Shown: positions 11,833 through 26,405, counted from the stretch's first letter. The stretch: DNA of 64,000 bases from Octopus vulgaris (GCA_951406725.2 OX597834.1:42470001-42534000), one strand, 5' to 3'. A program made the numbers and translations. Notes: generated from the letters alone by a model not told the origin.

Positions 11833-12008
11833 ATTATTTACATTCGCCGGATATTTGTCCTCATCTTGTTTGTTGTTAACACAACGTTTCGGCTGATATG
11901 TTCTCCAGCCTTCATCAGACACCTGATGAAGGCTGGAGAGTATATCAGCCGAAACGTTGTATTAACAACAAACAAGATGAGGACAAATATCCGTCAAATA
12001 TAAATAAT
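11833..12008. mobile_element. Fold-back of two head-to-head hammerhead-bearing segments (86 bp arms, 4 bp spacer)
   Basis: 11833-11918 is the reverse complement of 11923-12008 with few mismatches. Confidence 0.8.
11919..11962 (+). ncRNA. Minimal hammerhead-like motif
   Basis: ACAC-CTGATGA-A-GGCTG[GAGAGTATAT]CAGCC-GAAA-CG-TT-GTAT. The inverted copy has GTGT, which would pair perfectly with ACAC. Confidence 0.65.
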
Positions 12009-12204
12009 ATATTCAAGATCTTAGTCTACGAATACATATTCTCTGTACACGTTCCTGGGATATATTGTAACCATATAAGACGGTTGGTTGGCAACGTAAT
12101 CCTAGTAATACAGGCGCATTACCAAAACTGACAGTATGGCAATCAAGAAAAAAAATAAAGACTATGTTTTCTTTATATAGACTTAGTCTTAAGAACAACA
12201 ATAT

Positions 12205-12356
12205 AAGTCCCACTGCGTGGCACCTTGGGCAGGTGTCTTCTCATATAGATTGGGGCCGACCAAATCCTTGTGAGAGGATTCCGTAGACGGAAACTGAAAG
12301 AAGCCAGTCGTACACACACGCACACAAATAAATACACACACACATATATGTATATA

Positions 12357-12392
<36 letters not shown>

Positions 12393-12548
12393 ACCCTACC
12401 ACCGCTTGACAACCGATGCTGGTGTGTTTACGTCTCCGTAACGTTAGCAGTTCGGCAAAAGACACCAGTACAGTAAGTACTAGGCTTACAAAGAATAAGT
12501 ACTGGGGTCGATTTCTGTCCTTCAAAGCGGTGCTCCATCATGGCTACT
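12205..12548 (+). mobile_element. SINE family B, 5'-truncated
   Basis: AGTCCCACTGCGTGGCACCTTGGGC..internal (CA)/(TG)n..GCTTGACAACCGATGCTGG..GCGGTGCTCCATCATGG. Confidence 0.85.
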
Positions 12549-12566
12549 ATATATATATATATATAT

Positions 12567-12605
<39 letters not shown>

Positions 12606-12917
12606 GAGGTGGTAATGGCAAAATTCAGCGAATAGCTTTCTTACGGGTTCGAATACACCCCAAGCATATTTGAAATGGTAACGAGTTAGCATTTATAGAC
12701 ATCACTGTTGACCGCTTCTATTCCGTATTTTATTTCCAGTGTCCCTCTGGTTAGAGCAACCAGTCACAGTATAATGACGAGTAATTAACAATATCAGTTC
12801 TAAGCGGTCCCATCTCCAAACCAACGCTAGCTGCCAAGCGATGTATGTATGTATGCAAGTATATGAATATAATCAATAGATTATTGTGAAGTAACATAGC
12901 ATTACCTTAATTCTTTC

Positions 12918-13220
<303 letters not shown>

Positions 13221-13959
13221 ATATTTACGCTTTACCTTGAGTATATTAACTTACATATATCAACCCTTGTATGTAGACATACATGTGCACTGTAACCAAA
13301 TGCATTTAGATATGTGCACCTAAGCTCGAATGTGTATATATATATATATATATATATACGTATATATGTGTGTGCGTGTCTGTATACCTGTGTGTGTGTG
13401 TATGTATGAAAGCCAGAGTGGGTGTGTGTGTCCATGTGTGCATGTATCTCTGTGTGTGTCTGCGTTTGTATGTATAGCGAGCATGTGTGTGTGTGTTCGT
13501 CTGTGTGTAGGTGTGTATGTATGAGCGCCAGTGTATGTGTGTGTGTTCGTCCGTGTGTGTTTGTGTCCAGTGTATATGTATTTGTGTGTGTGGGTATGTT
13601 TGTGAGTGTGTGTGTGTGTGTGCATGCATCTGCGCCGGGTGTCTGCGTTTCCACGTATTGTTGATATTTTGATGAATGTGCCCCACCCATTTTCGCGTGT
13701 CGACTGTGTGTAAACAGCCGTATATATCAATATGTGCATACGTGTGTATATACGAGGCTATGTGTGTATCAGTGTCTATTGCATGCGTCACGTATGTCTG
13801 AGTGTATATATGTATACACACACACATACACATGAACATATATATAGATACGTATATATAATGTATATATACATATGTGTATATTTAATGTGCATATTTA
13901 ATGTATATATATATATAATGCATATATATGTAAGTATATATGCATATATATATCATACT

Positions 13960-14382
13960 TGTAAGTACGCATACATACATACATTCATACTTACATACAT
14001 GCATGCATACATACATGCATAACTACAATATACATACATACATACATGCATACATGCATACATACATACATAACTACAACATACATAACTACATACATAC
14101 ATAACTACATACATACATACATACATGCATACATGCATACATACATACATACATACATAACTACAACATACATACATACATACATACATACATACATACA
14201 TAACTACAACATACATAACTACATACATACATACATGCATACATACATACGTACATACATACATACATACATACATACATGCATACATACATACATACAT
14301 ACATACATACATACATACATACATACATACACTACATACATACATACATAACTACATACATACATACATACATACATACATA
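13960..14382. repeat. (TACA)n with TAACTACA and TGCA variants
   Basis: Seen directly. Confidence 0.95.
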
Positions 14383-15049
14383 GGCGTATGCTCATGTTAA
14401 TATAAGTGAATGCATATTTACTCCTACACGTGTGTATATAAATAAATGCTTGCACCTTGTGTGACGGTGTGTATACAGGTGACCGAGTATATGTTATGGC
14501 AGGCTCCACGCTAATATATAGCCAGTCCATGTACAATTATTGGCCCAGTAGTTTATTGATTGATTTTCTGTATATAGCGTTGAAATTATACACCACGGAG
14601 AGGCGGTCGACATGGTTCAATAGAATTGTTTGCACACGTCTGTTTTGTTTGTTTATGTGTTTGTATATAGACGTGCATGTATGTATACAAGTATAGGTAT
14701 GTCTGTATATTTGCATGCGTGTATGCGTATATATATATATATATGCACATATATGCATACAAACATACATACATATCTGTCTATCTATATATGCATACAT
14801 ATACAAACATATGTATATGTATATATATATATATATGTATATAAACGGGTGTATATGCAGATATATGTTTATATATTTGTATGTATTAAAGAATATACAT
14901 ATGTGTATATGTAAGCATACATATGCGTGCGTGTGGGTATCTGTAATTAATGTGTGTATATTTATACATCTGTGTGTAGGTATGCGTCAGCGGTTTAACG
15001 CAAGTATGACTGTATTTGTATGGGTCTTTATTAATGTTTGTATGTAAGC

Positions 15050-15116
<67 letters not shown>

Positions 15117-15263
15117 CATACACATATGCATACGGGTATACATACAAACATTAATTACGGATATACACACGCACATATATATATATGATTACATATATAC
15201 ATAAGTACATTCTATACTATATGCAAATATATAAACATATATCTGCATGTACATCCGTTATAA

Positions 15264-15297
<34 letters not shown>

Positions 15298-15494
15298 AGA
15301 TTATATGAATCTAAATATATCATATATGTATAGACATATGTGAATATAAATACGTGATGTATATATATATATATATATATACATACACAATAATATGTAA
15401 ATGATATATTAGTATAAATATATTTATATTTAGCAGAAATACCAGACAGTGACACAAGATACGAGATTGTCCTGGCGTTGACATTTATCAAACT

Positions 15495-15555
<61 letters not shown>

Positions 15556-15556
15556 A

Positions 15557-15600
15557 CAATAGCTGAGATACCCGGTGCTGCTCGGGAATAAAATGCAATA
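15557..15600 (-). mobile_element. Helitron-like 3' end
   Basis: Minus: CCCGAGCAGCACCGGG hairpin then TATCTCAGCTAT; similar to 45750-45776. Confidence 0.45.
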
Positions 15601-15805
15601 GTCTTTCATTGTTTTACATGTTTCGTTCATGTTGCTGTGGCCATGCTGGGACATTGCCTTTAGTCGAAGATATAGACACCAGGATTTATCATTTGTACGC
15701 TTACTACTTATTCTGTCGGTTTACGGGGACGTAAACATAACAGCATCGGTTGTCAAGCGATGGTGTGAGTACAAACACACACACATATAAATATATACAT
15801 ACATG

Positions 15806-15854
<49 letters not shown>

Positions 15855-16002
15855 ATATATATACATATATAAACATATATATATATATATATATATGACA
15901 TGTATACATATATATATATATATACATGCATATACATGAATATATATATATATACATATATATACAAGCCTTGTGTGAAAGAAACTGAAAGAAGCCCGCC
16001 GA
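15600..16002 (-). mobile_element. SINE family B fragments around (TA)n
   Basis: Minus-strand tail and middle (GGCCATGCTGG; TTACGGGGACGTAAAC; CGGTTGTCAAGCG), plus a short plus-strand piece at 15966-16002. Confidence 0.7.
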
Positions 16003-16599
16003 GTACATATATATAATATTATTATATTATTAGAATTATAAAAGTGATAAACCGCCATTGGAAACCTTAAATGAAGAACATGGACACGTTTGTGTTGAAT
16101 TCAAAAACCATTCAAATCTCTTTTACTAAAACGCAAATTTTTCGATAAATAGCTTAGAAAATGTGAGGTTATTACGTATTGTCGACAGCAATACAAAAAT
16201 GTTTCGTAATTAAATTTTTAAATTTTATGATTTAATTATAAAAGCTTATTATTTTATAAAAATCTTAAAATTCTTTTCAAAACCTGAAATACTCATAGAT
16301 TATATTGCAGCTGTTAGTTTCTCTATCAACTGGTTCATCGGGTAATCATTTTAATTAGACTTCCATTCATACTAATACACACATACACACACATGCACTC
16401 ACACACGCATACGCACACACACACATATTTACACAAGCACATATGCATATATCATTTTAGTGACTTGGCAATGCAATTAGATTATATGATAGGAGAGCTC
16501 ATGGTTTGTTTTCGGGTTCCATACGATCTCAGTGTAAATAATATCGAGCTCAAGATGTCATTTAATTCACATCGGGGTCGCTAAATATATTAGTTCTAA

Positions 16600-16799
16600 T
16601 TTTCGGCACAAGGCCAGCAATTTCAGGTAAGAGTTAAGTCAATTACATCGACCCCAGTACTCAAATGGTGCTTATTTTGTCGACCTTAAAAGGGATGAAA
16701 TGCAAAATCGACCTCGCTGGAATTTGAATGCAGAACGTATGAAATACTGCTAAATATTTTGCCTAGCGTGCTAACGACTCTGCCCCAGCTCATCGCCTT
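16600..16799 (-). mobile_element. SINE family A variant
   Basis: TTCGGCACAAGGCCAGCAATTT..CATCGACCCCAGT..GGAATTTGAA..GCTAACGACTCTGCC. Confidence 0.8.
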
Positions 16800-16934
16800 G
16801 CGGGTCGATAATTATGTAGCCAGTGCATGACAGTGGTTTGGCCGAATTATTAGAAAACCAGTTGCGATATTTTGCGGTATGAATTCTGGCTGTTTAGTTG
16901 CTAAGTTCAAGTTCTGTCTCCTACATCGAGCCCT

Positions 16935-16972
<38 letters not shown>

Positions 16973-17082
16973 GTGTGTGCGTGTGTGTGTGTGCGTTTGT
17001 GTGTGTGTGTGGAGATTCTTCGGCCCTAGTCTTAAAGATCTATTTCTAATATCCGGCGTAGTGAAGCATGGTTTGGCGCACA

Positions 17083-17260
17083 AGCGTAGCTAGGTGGGGG
17101 CAGTACGTGCTTCTCCGCCCCCGGGGCGGCACTTTTAAAAGGGAGGCAATTTTCTTCCTGTTGTAGGCTATTGCTGTAGGCAATATATGTTTTTTTGTGG
17201 TGTCCGGGGGCGGCAAATGGAAGGGCCACCCCGGGCGGCTCACACTCTAGCCACGATATT
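17083..17260. mobile_element. GC-rich MITE with degenerate (CAGTG)GCGTAGCTAG-type termini, hAT-like
   Basis: GCGTAGCTAG at left and CTAGCCACG at right; internal repeated CCCCGGG(G)CGGC. Confidence 0.45.
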
Positions 17261-18119
17261 TGTTTGGCGATACATCTCGGTTTCATAGACTATCAAAACG
17301 TACGGACTTTCGGCGGAAACCAAATTCAAGTTCTGATAAAAAGTAAAACAAAGAAGTAGAAAAAAAAAAACAACAACAACATTATTTGCACTTATACACA
17401 CTATCTTTTGATTAACGTTAATCCTGCTGATCAGGCGTTTTGAAGTGAGCAGTTGTCATAGCCCCCCAAAATACCCCCATCACCCAACACTATTTTCTTT
17501 ATTAAGAGATGTAAGAAAAAATTCTATTGTCTTACTTTGTGGATTAAATAGTTAACTGCCGCTTTTCTTTCTCTTTTTTTTTTGTATATATCAATATATT
17601 ACAGTAGATTACATTAGTACTATAAATGTTTAATTACACACTGCCCTTCTCTCCCTCTCTCTCTCTCGTACGCATGCACACATACACACACACACACACA
17701 GAGTGGCACAGAGGCACAAAATACACCCATACAGCGGCACAGAGGCACAAAACACACACAGTGACACAAAAACGCACAAACTAACACCCAGACATACACA
17801 AACACAAATACGCGCGCAAAACATACATGCATACACACATGCACACATATATACACATATTAGTATGTATATATGTACCTATGTATACATATATAAGCAT
17901 ATACATATATATGTATCTATCTATATATGTACATATATATAAATATAAATAAATATATATTTATATACATATATATACACATATATATACATATATATAT
18001 ATACATACATATATATATACATATATATACATATATATATACATATACATACATATATATAATCATATATATGCATATATATTCGCATATATATATATGT
18101 ATATATATGTATATGTATG

Positions 18120-18178
<59 letters not shown>

Positions 18179-18621
18179 GTACATGTCAGAATTTAGCTTC
18201 TGGCGTTATCCAGAATAAGTCTGCTAATGACGCTCTCTGTCGGCCTCTTAACGTCAATAACCATCAAATCCTCCTAAACACAGCTGAAAATAAAATACTT
18301 CTTGGGTGGTCTCTGTGCTTCTTCCTTATTCCTCATCCACTCTCTCTCTCTCTATCTATCTGTCTCTTTCTCCCACCTATTCTTCCTCTATCCTCTCTTT
18401 GTCTCTCTGTCTTTCTGTCACTCCCTCCCTTTTCCGTTTACATTCACTCTCTCTCTCTCTCTCTATCTATCTATCTTTCTCACACACTCAAACCATTCAC
18501 ACATGCATTACTGCACTGGATGCCTTTTCTAGCTGTGATTGATGCTGTTTAAGGTTGCTGTTGTTGATAAGTTTAACAAGACATAATTAGTCATAATTTG
18601 GATGTATATGCACAAACAGCA

Positions 18622-18704
<83 letters not shown>

Positions 18705-18769
18705 TCTTTATTTGGTGCGTAGTTTTTCAGAATTGGTATTGTTGTGTTTCCTAAGCCGGTTGTATATCG

Positions 18770-19050
18770 GTGTTGGCACGAGTGTTTGGTTTACGAAGTT
18801 CGCTTCACAACAAAGTACCTTCTACTCCTAAGCCCGGGGCCGTCCAGTGGTTTGTGATCGGACAGGACTGACGGAAATTGTTTGGGAGCCCATTGTGGCT
18901 ATGTGGTAAGACTTTTGCTTCCGAGCCACTTGACTCCGGGTTCAATCGGACTGCGTGACACCTTGAGAAAATGCTTCATACAATAGTTTCAGGCCGACAA
19001 AACCTTTATGAATGGATTTGGTAGGCGGAAACTGAAAGAAACCTGTCGTA
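18770..19050 (+). mobile_element. Two tandem decayed SINE family B heads
   Basis: GTGGCTATGTGGTAAG..CTGCGTGACACCTTGAG..GGATTTGGTAGGCGGAAACTGAAAGAA, with a more decayed copy upstream. Confidence 0.7.
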
Positions 19051-19060
19051 TATATATATA

Positions 19061-19206
19061 TAACGAAACGTTGGCGCAAAGCAGTGTTTAGGTATGAGCA
19101 CAATTCAGGTTAGTTGAAATATGTTTGTCACATATTTCAACTGCTATTGGCAAACATATTTCATTGTGATCATACTTAAACACTGCTTTGCGCCAGTGCT
19201 TCGTTA
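19061..19206. repeat. Nested inverted repeat (fold-back)
   Basis: Arms 19061-19104 / 19163-19206; inner 19112-19123 / 19131-19142. Confidence 0.85.
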
Positions 19207-19333
19207 TTTATCTCGATCAGACGACCTACAAGCGCAAATCAGTCAACGTGTTGCCTGAATTATATATAAAGCTACAAGCTTTATTAGGTTCATTCGGAGT
19301 TGCCTCTCTTAGGTACATCTCATTGACAAGAGT

Positions 19334-19546
19334 CAAGGGGCTAAATACAGAGGGGACAAACACAACGACAGACAAACAGATTAAGTCGCTTATATCGATC
19401 CCAGTGCGTAACTGGTACTTATTTAATCGACTGCAAAAGGATGAAAGGCAAAGTCGAGCTCGGCGGAATTTGAACTCAGAACGTAACGGCAGACGAAATA
19501 CGGCTACGCATTTCGCCCGGCGTGCTAACGTTTCTGCCAGCTCGCC
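19334..19546 (-). mobile_element. SINE family A, near full length
   Basis: Near identical to 6233-6449. Confidence 0.9.
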
Positions 19547-19639
19547 ATGTAGTTGGGGAGCAAACTGCTTACCACACAGCCTGCACCTGTAAATATCTTT
19601 TTTTAGTAAGAACGGAAACCTTGTTTTGGTGGTGGTTTT

Positions 19640-20150
19640 TGTGGGTGATCGATATGTAGTTCGTTGTGCAGCTGCATCGGAAAAATATACGAGAAAGAGT
19701 TGAGATTGATGTTATCTCGTTGTGAAGCCTATGATTCGAAAAGGTGTCGGAATGTAGCGTTGGTGGAGGATGCGAGAAGATCGTGAGAGAATGGATGCTT
19801 GCCCCGTACTCCATCATTTAAAATTTTACAAATTTTGAAATGTTGTTTGGTGATGCGATAAGCAGGCCGTTAGTCAGATTTATTTTTTGTATCGTTTCTA
19901 AAGGTGTTTAGTATTTGGTGTATAAACCGATAGAGAGATATCGAGTACAAAAGCTATGATGTATTCGATGGTAGTTACAATATTGCGCTTCACTGGATTA
20001 TATTGTGGAAATCTTCTTAAGCCCTATTTGGTAGCGTTTTGGATAGGGTAGTGTTTGAGTGTATCGGTCATAATATGCGCAGTGGTTTGGTGTTTGGCTT
20101 TTGAAATCAAACGTTGAACCTTTCTAAACTACAGAGTGCGGCAGGAAGGT
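19640..20150 (-). mobile_element. Probable very old LINE reverse-transcriptase C-terminal fragment
   Basis: MMEYGASI resembles the RP.LEYG motif downstream of RT; many stops. Confidence 0.3.
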
Positions 20151-20156
20151 TGCCCT

Positions 20157-20392
20157 GAGGTGAGCTAGCTGGCAGAAACGTTAGCACGTAGGCGAAATGC
20201 TTTGCGGTATTTCGTCTGTCATTACGTTGTGTGAGTTCAAATTCCGCCGAGGTCGACTTTGCCTTTCATCCTTTCGGGGTCGATAAATTAAGTACCAGTT
20301 ACACACTGAAGTCAATGTAACTGACTTAATCCCTTTGTCTGTCCTTGTTTGTCCTCTCTATGTTTAGCCCCTTGTGGGCATTAAAGAAACAA
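20157..20392 (+). mobile_element. SINE family A with target-site duplication
   Basis: Full-length copy flanked by AAGGTTGCCCTGA at ~20146-20158 and ~20395-20407. Confidence 0.9.
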
Positions 20393-20907
20393 GAAAGGTT
20401 GCCCTGATTTCAAAGATTAATAAAAAACAAACGCGTGAAGATAAAAAACCCCCAAAAAACTCTCTATTTCTTTGGTGTACTTGATGCCCTCCACTTCAGG
20501 CCATGTTGGGTATCATCTGAAACAGAAATAAAAATGGCATTTAGTAAACTTTATAGAAATATAAAGTTTTTAAACATCTTCATGTGCTTGTTTTTTTTTA
20601 TTAAGCATTGAAATCGGGGCAGTATTTCTGCCGCAGCCTCTATATGCGAGTTTTCTGATTTGTAATGGCGGTTGAAGGTAGTTGCTATGTACAAATAGAT
20701 ATTTATGGTATTCTGACACCAAAAGTTAACTCATGGTGGACATTAGAGAAGAAAATCGAAGATGAGTCTATGCAATGCTATTTCATTTAAGCTTTTGTCG
20801 AGATATATACTATGGTTCACGCCTGGCGGTTTCTTGACGTCCGCTATTAGAAAGAGATATAATTATCTCCTCAGAGTATTATTATCCTTATTATCATTAT
20901 CCTCACA

Positions 20908-21300
20908 AAGCGGCGATATGGCGGAGAGCTGGCAGAACTGTTAACACGCCGGGATTTCGACTTTGCCTTCCATACATTCCGTTTCGATAAATTACCACCA
21001 GTGAAACACTGGGGTGATATAATCAACTAATCCCCTCCCCGCAAATTTTAGGCCTTGTGCATTTAATAGAATGGATTATTACAAAGGGGCGAGGTGGCAC
21101 AGGAGTTAGCGCTTTGTGTAAAATTTTTAAAGGCGATTTTCCCTTGTTCTTTGCGTTTGATTTTAAATTCATAGAAATTGACTTTGCCTTTCATCCTTTC
21201 GGGGTCGATAAATAAAATACCAGCTGAACATTGGGGGTCAATGTAATCGCCTTACTCGTCCTCTAAGATTGCTTCGTCTTTGTGCCAAAATTTAAAACCA
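20908..21300 (+). mobile_element. Two tandem decayed SINE family A variants
   Basis: GGCGGAGAGCTGGCAGAA..GACTTTGCCTTCCAT.. and GGCGAGGTGGCAC..GACTTTGCCTTTCATCCTTTCGGGGTCGATAAA. Confidence 0.8.
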
Positions 21301-21504
21301 TTACTATACTCCATAGTTTCCAGTCACGAGGAATTTGATTAGTGGTACGAGACGTTACGGATGTTGACGCATTAACAGTAAAATGGGCGCTGACATACTT
21401 TATGTTGAGAGCAAAAGTATTTTAATTAATGAACATTCTAATTAATTCTTGGCTTAACTACTTCAAGTATGTTAACAGCAAGATTTTTAAATATTAATTT
21501 TTCA

Positions 21505-21545
21505 ACTAGCAGCGGCGTTGCCGGGTATAATTTCTGCAAGTCGTT
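21505..21545 (-). mobile_element. Helitron-like 3' end
   Basis: Minus: CCCGGCAACGCCGCTGCTAG followed by T. Confidence 0.45.
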
Positions 21546-23694
21546 CTTCACTGTTAATGATTTAAAGATCTTAACGATAATGATGCTGGTGATGATGATG
21601 ATTAATAAAATATACGATTGAGGCGAAGGTTTTAATAAGGACAAGGTTTGCGTTCATAGCATTGGTAATGATGATGATGATGATGTGGAGGATAATGATG
21701 ATAATGATGATGATAGTGAGGATGGTGAAGGTGGCGGTCGTGGTGGTGCTGATGGATAAGGGGGGATGACGATGACAGTAATGATGACGATATAGGTGTT
21801 ACTACTAATAATGATGATGATGATGTGGAGGTTGGCGGCTTGGTGGCAACAGTGATAATGACGATGATGATGATAATGATGCTGCTGATTAAGATGATGA
21901 GCATTTTGGTTATGATGCTGATAATGATGATGATTGCGATGTTTATATGACGGTTAACGAGAATGAAAAAATGTAAAACGAGTATTGTTTTCTTTTCCCC
22001 CAGCTTCACTTTGCATTTTGCATTTATAGAATGTGTAACTCTTAATGTGAATGAGATATATAATTCGAATACCTCTCTCCGATCATCGCATTTTCACTTC
22101 TGCACACACACACATATACACACACACACAAATACACATACACAGACACACACAAATACACACATACATATACAAACACTCACATACACACACAAACACG
22201 CATACACACACACAAATGCACACACACAAATATACACACACACAAATACACACACATACACATGCATACACACAAATACACATATACACTCAAATACACA
22301 CACACACACACACCCACACACACAAATACACACACAAACATCGTTTTCTTTTCCACAGCTTCAGTTTGTATTTATAAAATGTATAACTCTTAACGTGAAC
22401 GAGGTGTACTTCGAAAATCTTCCGGTGATCATCTCGTTTTCAAGTTTCTACACACACATATAGACACACACACACACACAAACACACGCACGTACACACA
22501 CACATGTACACACACGCACACACACATGCAATTGTGCACGTATATGCACATGCATAAGCATGCAACGAATCTGTGGTTATATTTATAGACAAAGTAAAAA
22601 AAAACCGAAACATACCCTTTTTGAAAAGGAGAAACTCACTATCGCCCATACTAGCTCACCACAGCAATGTCTCTGTTGAAATTGCAGATGTTGGCAATGT
22701 TGCTTCCGGCCCAAAACATTAGCATCTATCAACATTTACCAATAGTCTTGATACTTTTCTTATCCTTGTTTCCTTTTCTTTTACAAATAAAATTTGAAAC
22801 TCAAAAACAGAAACCTGAACAAAACAATTGCAAATTGTATTTTTAACTAATGACTAAATACAACGGTAAAAGAAAGAAAACAAAAAAAAACACCGTCTCC
22901 CTAGAGTTAAAGAAACGTTGTGGTGTTTCTCTGGCTTTTTTTTTACCATTCTTATTGGTGCCGTGGTTGTTTTTCTCGTAGTATCTGTTTTGTTTTATCG
23001 CTCAATCGTAAAATATTTTAAAGTTCAACTTTGTTTGTGTTCCTTTCTTTCGATATTTTGCCTTGATATTTTAAAATAAATAAACACATCAAAATATCAT
23101 TGATAAAAGATTCAAATCAGATAAGACTATTATTATTTTTCCTATGGCAAAACTACAAACTCTAGAGTAGACTTTTCCTTCTTTTTTTTCTTTATTTCTA
23201 CTTTTTCTGCCATTCTTCCTAGTATCATATTCCCCCTTAACTGCTTTTAAGACTCACCTTGAGTGGGCAGGTCACACCTGCAAAACTTCAACATGCTACC
23301 AAACTAAGAAAAAAAAAAAACAAAAGACAAATAGAAACGGAAAGACATCCACCATTTTGTTTTTTCTCTCCTATTTTTCTCAGAGAAAAACAAGGAATGC
23401 TCAAATGTCTTAGAGAATGCCTTAGAGAGTTTCTAAAATATCATTCCGACTAGTGAAGAATTCTGCGTCTCACTTTTTCTCGAAATAACGGTGATATCAG
23501 ACGAGGACACAGCTTCAGGATGAAAGAAACCAAAATCAACTGAAAATAGATTTTAATTTTAATAAAAAGCGAAAAAGTAAAAAAGAAAATTTAAGAGAAT
23601 TTCAAAATAAAATCTCATCGCACAAACGCGCTCGCACACATATATTAGTATGTATATATTCATATCTGTATATGTTTATGTTTGTATATATGTC

Positions 23695-23975
23695 TAATGG
23701 TTTAGTGGTTAGGAAATTGGATTCATGATCATAAAATTGTGGTTTCGGTTCCTGGGTGAGGCGGTGCAATGTGTTTTTGCTCAAAACACCTCCTTTCACT
23801 GCTCCAGTCCACTCAGCAGGCAAAGTGAATAATCCTTCGATGGATCGGCGGGCGCCACGGAAACCAGGAAACTGGCCCTATGAGTCAGGAAGGATCATGG
23901 TCCAATTTTTACGGTGACGGTGCTACAGCATGGCCACAGCCTTAGGGCTGAAACGTATAAAAAGTATAAAAGAAT
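23695..23975 (+). mobile_element. SINE family D followed by a LINE-type 3' tail
   Basis: TGGTTTAGTGGTTAGG head, GCTCCAGTCCACTCAGC core, GAAACCAGGAAACTGGCCC, then GACGGTGCTACAGCATGGCCACAGCCTTAGGGCTGAAAC. Confidence 0.75.
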
Positions 23976-24051
23976 ATCTAATTATCTCTCTCTCTCTCAA
24001 TACATGTGTGTATACCTGTGTGTGTGTGTGCGTGTCTGTGTGTGTGTGCAT

Positions 24052-24265
24052 ATATCATCGTGATCACCGTGACCGACCAGGCTATCAGATGTTGCTACAC
24101 ATCGCTGGTCACAATGCGCTTCGCATTGTTTTAGCCTTCAAATGACGCCACCCCGCTGGCTAAGCAAGCAGGCCAACAGAAGAAAGAGTGAGAGGAAGTT
24201 GTGGCGAAAGAGTACAGCAGGGATCGCTACCCCTTCCCTGCCGGAGCTTCGTGGAGCTTTAGGAG
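24052..24265 (-). mobile_element. SINE family C, 5'-truncated
   Basis: Minus: CCTAAAGCTCCACGAAGCTCCGGCAGGG..CTGTACTCTTTCGCCAC, shared with 48362-48655, with a different tail. Confidence 0.8.
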
Positions 24266-25374
24266 TAGATATTCTGTCAGATATTCGCACGCGTACACAC
24301 ATACATACGCATGCATGCAAACATACACACATCTACAAACATGCACATATACGCACACACATACAAACACATACATCTATCTCGCTCTCTCTCTCCACAC
24401 ACACAACTCTATACACACGCACACTCATCTCTACACACGCACCCACATCACATCTCTACACGCACGTGTCTACACATACACAACTCCACACACACATGTA
24501 CACACCTCCCTAAACACACGGACACACACACCTCTTGACCCACGCACACACATACACCTTTACACATACGCACACACACACAGCTACACACACACATATC
24601 TACATACACACACACACACACAGAAACACAAACACACGCACTTACACGCTCACACAAAGACGTGCACACGCACACCCATACAAATAGATATTCTCTCGGA
24701 TATTCGCACACATACGCACAAACAAACACACACACACACACAGACACACATATCCCTATACCTACCCACACATACCCTTATACCTACCCACACAGACGCA
24801 CATGATACCAAGCCCCAACCCCAAACCCTCACAGACGTTACCTTCTCACATTGTACTATACAGCTCCCTACTTTATGATCTTTTTTTTACACGTATTTAT
24901 TTAGGGCTGTATACAAGACACCACTAATTATCGTATTTATAGTTCTACTCTTCTATAGCTATACACCCTCTTTTATACACCCATGTACACGCACCTCGCC
25001 ACGAAGCACAATTCCTTTTGTGCCACATTCCAAACTATTGATCTAAGAAATTATGTGGGTTTGTTACAATGTCGCTTTCCAAGTAAGAATTCCGTTCGAC
25101 TCGCCCTGTGATTTCCGGCACCTTATGGCTATAGGAACTTATTGATTAACGATCAATAATTTGGTAGCATCTACACTTCTATCACGTTTGGCCGATAGAA
25201 CCAGTAAAATCGGGTTACTGCTTATTGATGTTCTCTCGGATCACAAGTATGTACACGCATACCCATACGTTTATATTTAAAATAATATACACACATACAC
25301 GCACGTAATGTGTGTGTGTACATCTGTATAGATATGTATATGTATACATGTATATGTATTTGCATATATATATG

Positions 25375-25432
<58 letters not shown>

Positions 25433-25560
25433 AATATTCATATATATGTATATGTGTATGTGTATGTATATGGTGTGTGGGTGTATGTGTAATTGTGCGT
25501 GTGTGTGTATATGTGCGTGTAGAGGACCAGAGAGAAATATAAAGTGCACAACAGCGACAA

Positions 25561-25624
<64 letters not shown>

Positions 25625-25667
25625 TTATGTATGTATGTATGTATGTATGTATGTATGTTTCGGCATC

Positions 25668-25826
25668 TGTAGTGGCTTTGTGGTAAGTAGCTTGCTTACG
25701 AACCACATGGTTTTGGGTTCACTCCCACTGCGTGGCACCTTGGGTAAGTGTCTTCTACTATAGCCTCGGGCCGACCAAAGCCTTGTGAGTGGATTTGGTA
25801 GACGGAAACTGAAAGAACCCCTCATA

Positions 25827-25883
<57 letters not shown>

Positions 25884-26090
25884 ATATGTCTGTGTGTCTG
25901 TGTCTGTCTCCCCCAACATCGCTTGACAACCGATGGTGGTGTGTTTACGTCCCCGTAACTTAGCGGTTCGGCAAAAGAGACCGATAGAATAAGTACTAGG
26001 CTTACAAAGAATAAGTCCTGTGGTCGGCTTGCTCGACTAAAGGCGCCGCTCCAGCATGGCCACAATCACATGACGGAAACAAGTAAAAGT
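25668..26090 (+). mobile_element. SINE family B, near full length
   Basis: Colinear with 34965-35378. Confidence 0.9.
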
Positions 26091-26199
26091 GTAATTAGAT
26101 GCGTTTTATATACCACCAAATACCACGGTATTTTGAAATGTGAAGTTTTAGTTAATCATGGTATTTATCGCGCGTTATTAAATTCTATATAGACTGTGA

Positions 26200-26405
26200 G
26201 CCTGGCATAATCGTTAGCTTGCCGGACAGAATGCTTAGGGGGATCTCGTCCGTCTTTACTGTATTAACTCAAATTCCGTCGAGGCCGACTTTGTCATTCG
26301 TTCTTTCGGGGTCGATAAAAGGAATACCAATTGTACACTGGGGTCAATATAATTAACTCACATCCACACCCAAAACTGCTGGTATCGAATCCAAATTTGA
26401 TAACC
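26200..26405 (+). mobile_element. SINE family A variant, decayed
   Basis: CTGGCATAATCGTTAGC..CAAATTCCGTCGAGGCCGACTTTG..TTCGGGGTCGATAAA. Confidence 0.75.

Noticed and set aside
12605-12720. Minus-strand GAAAGCTATT-CGCTG with upstream CAGTG
   Set aside because: No CUGANGA-like core after the putative helix I.
24266-24710. Duplicated TAGATATTCT.TC.GATATTCGCAC at ~24266 and ~24685
   Set aside because: Most simply a local duplication within a (CA)-rich tract; no element features between the copies.
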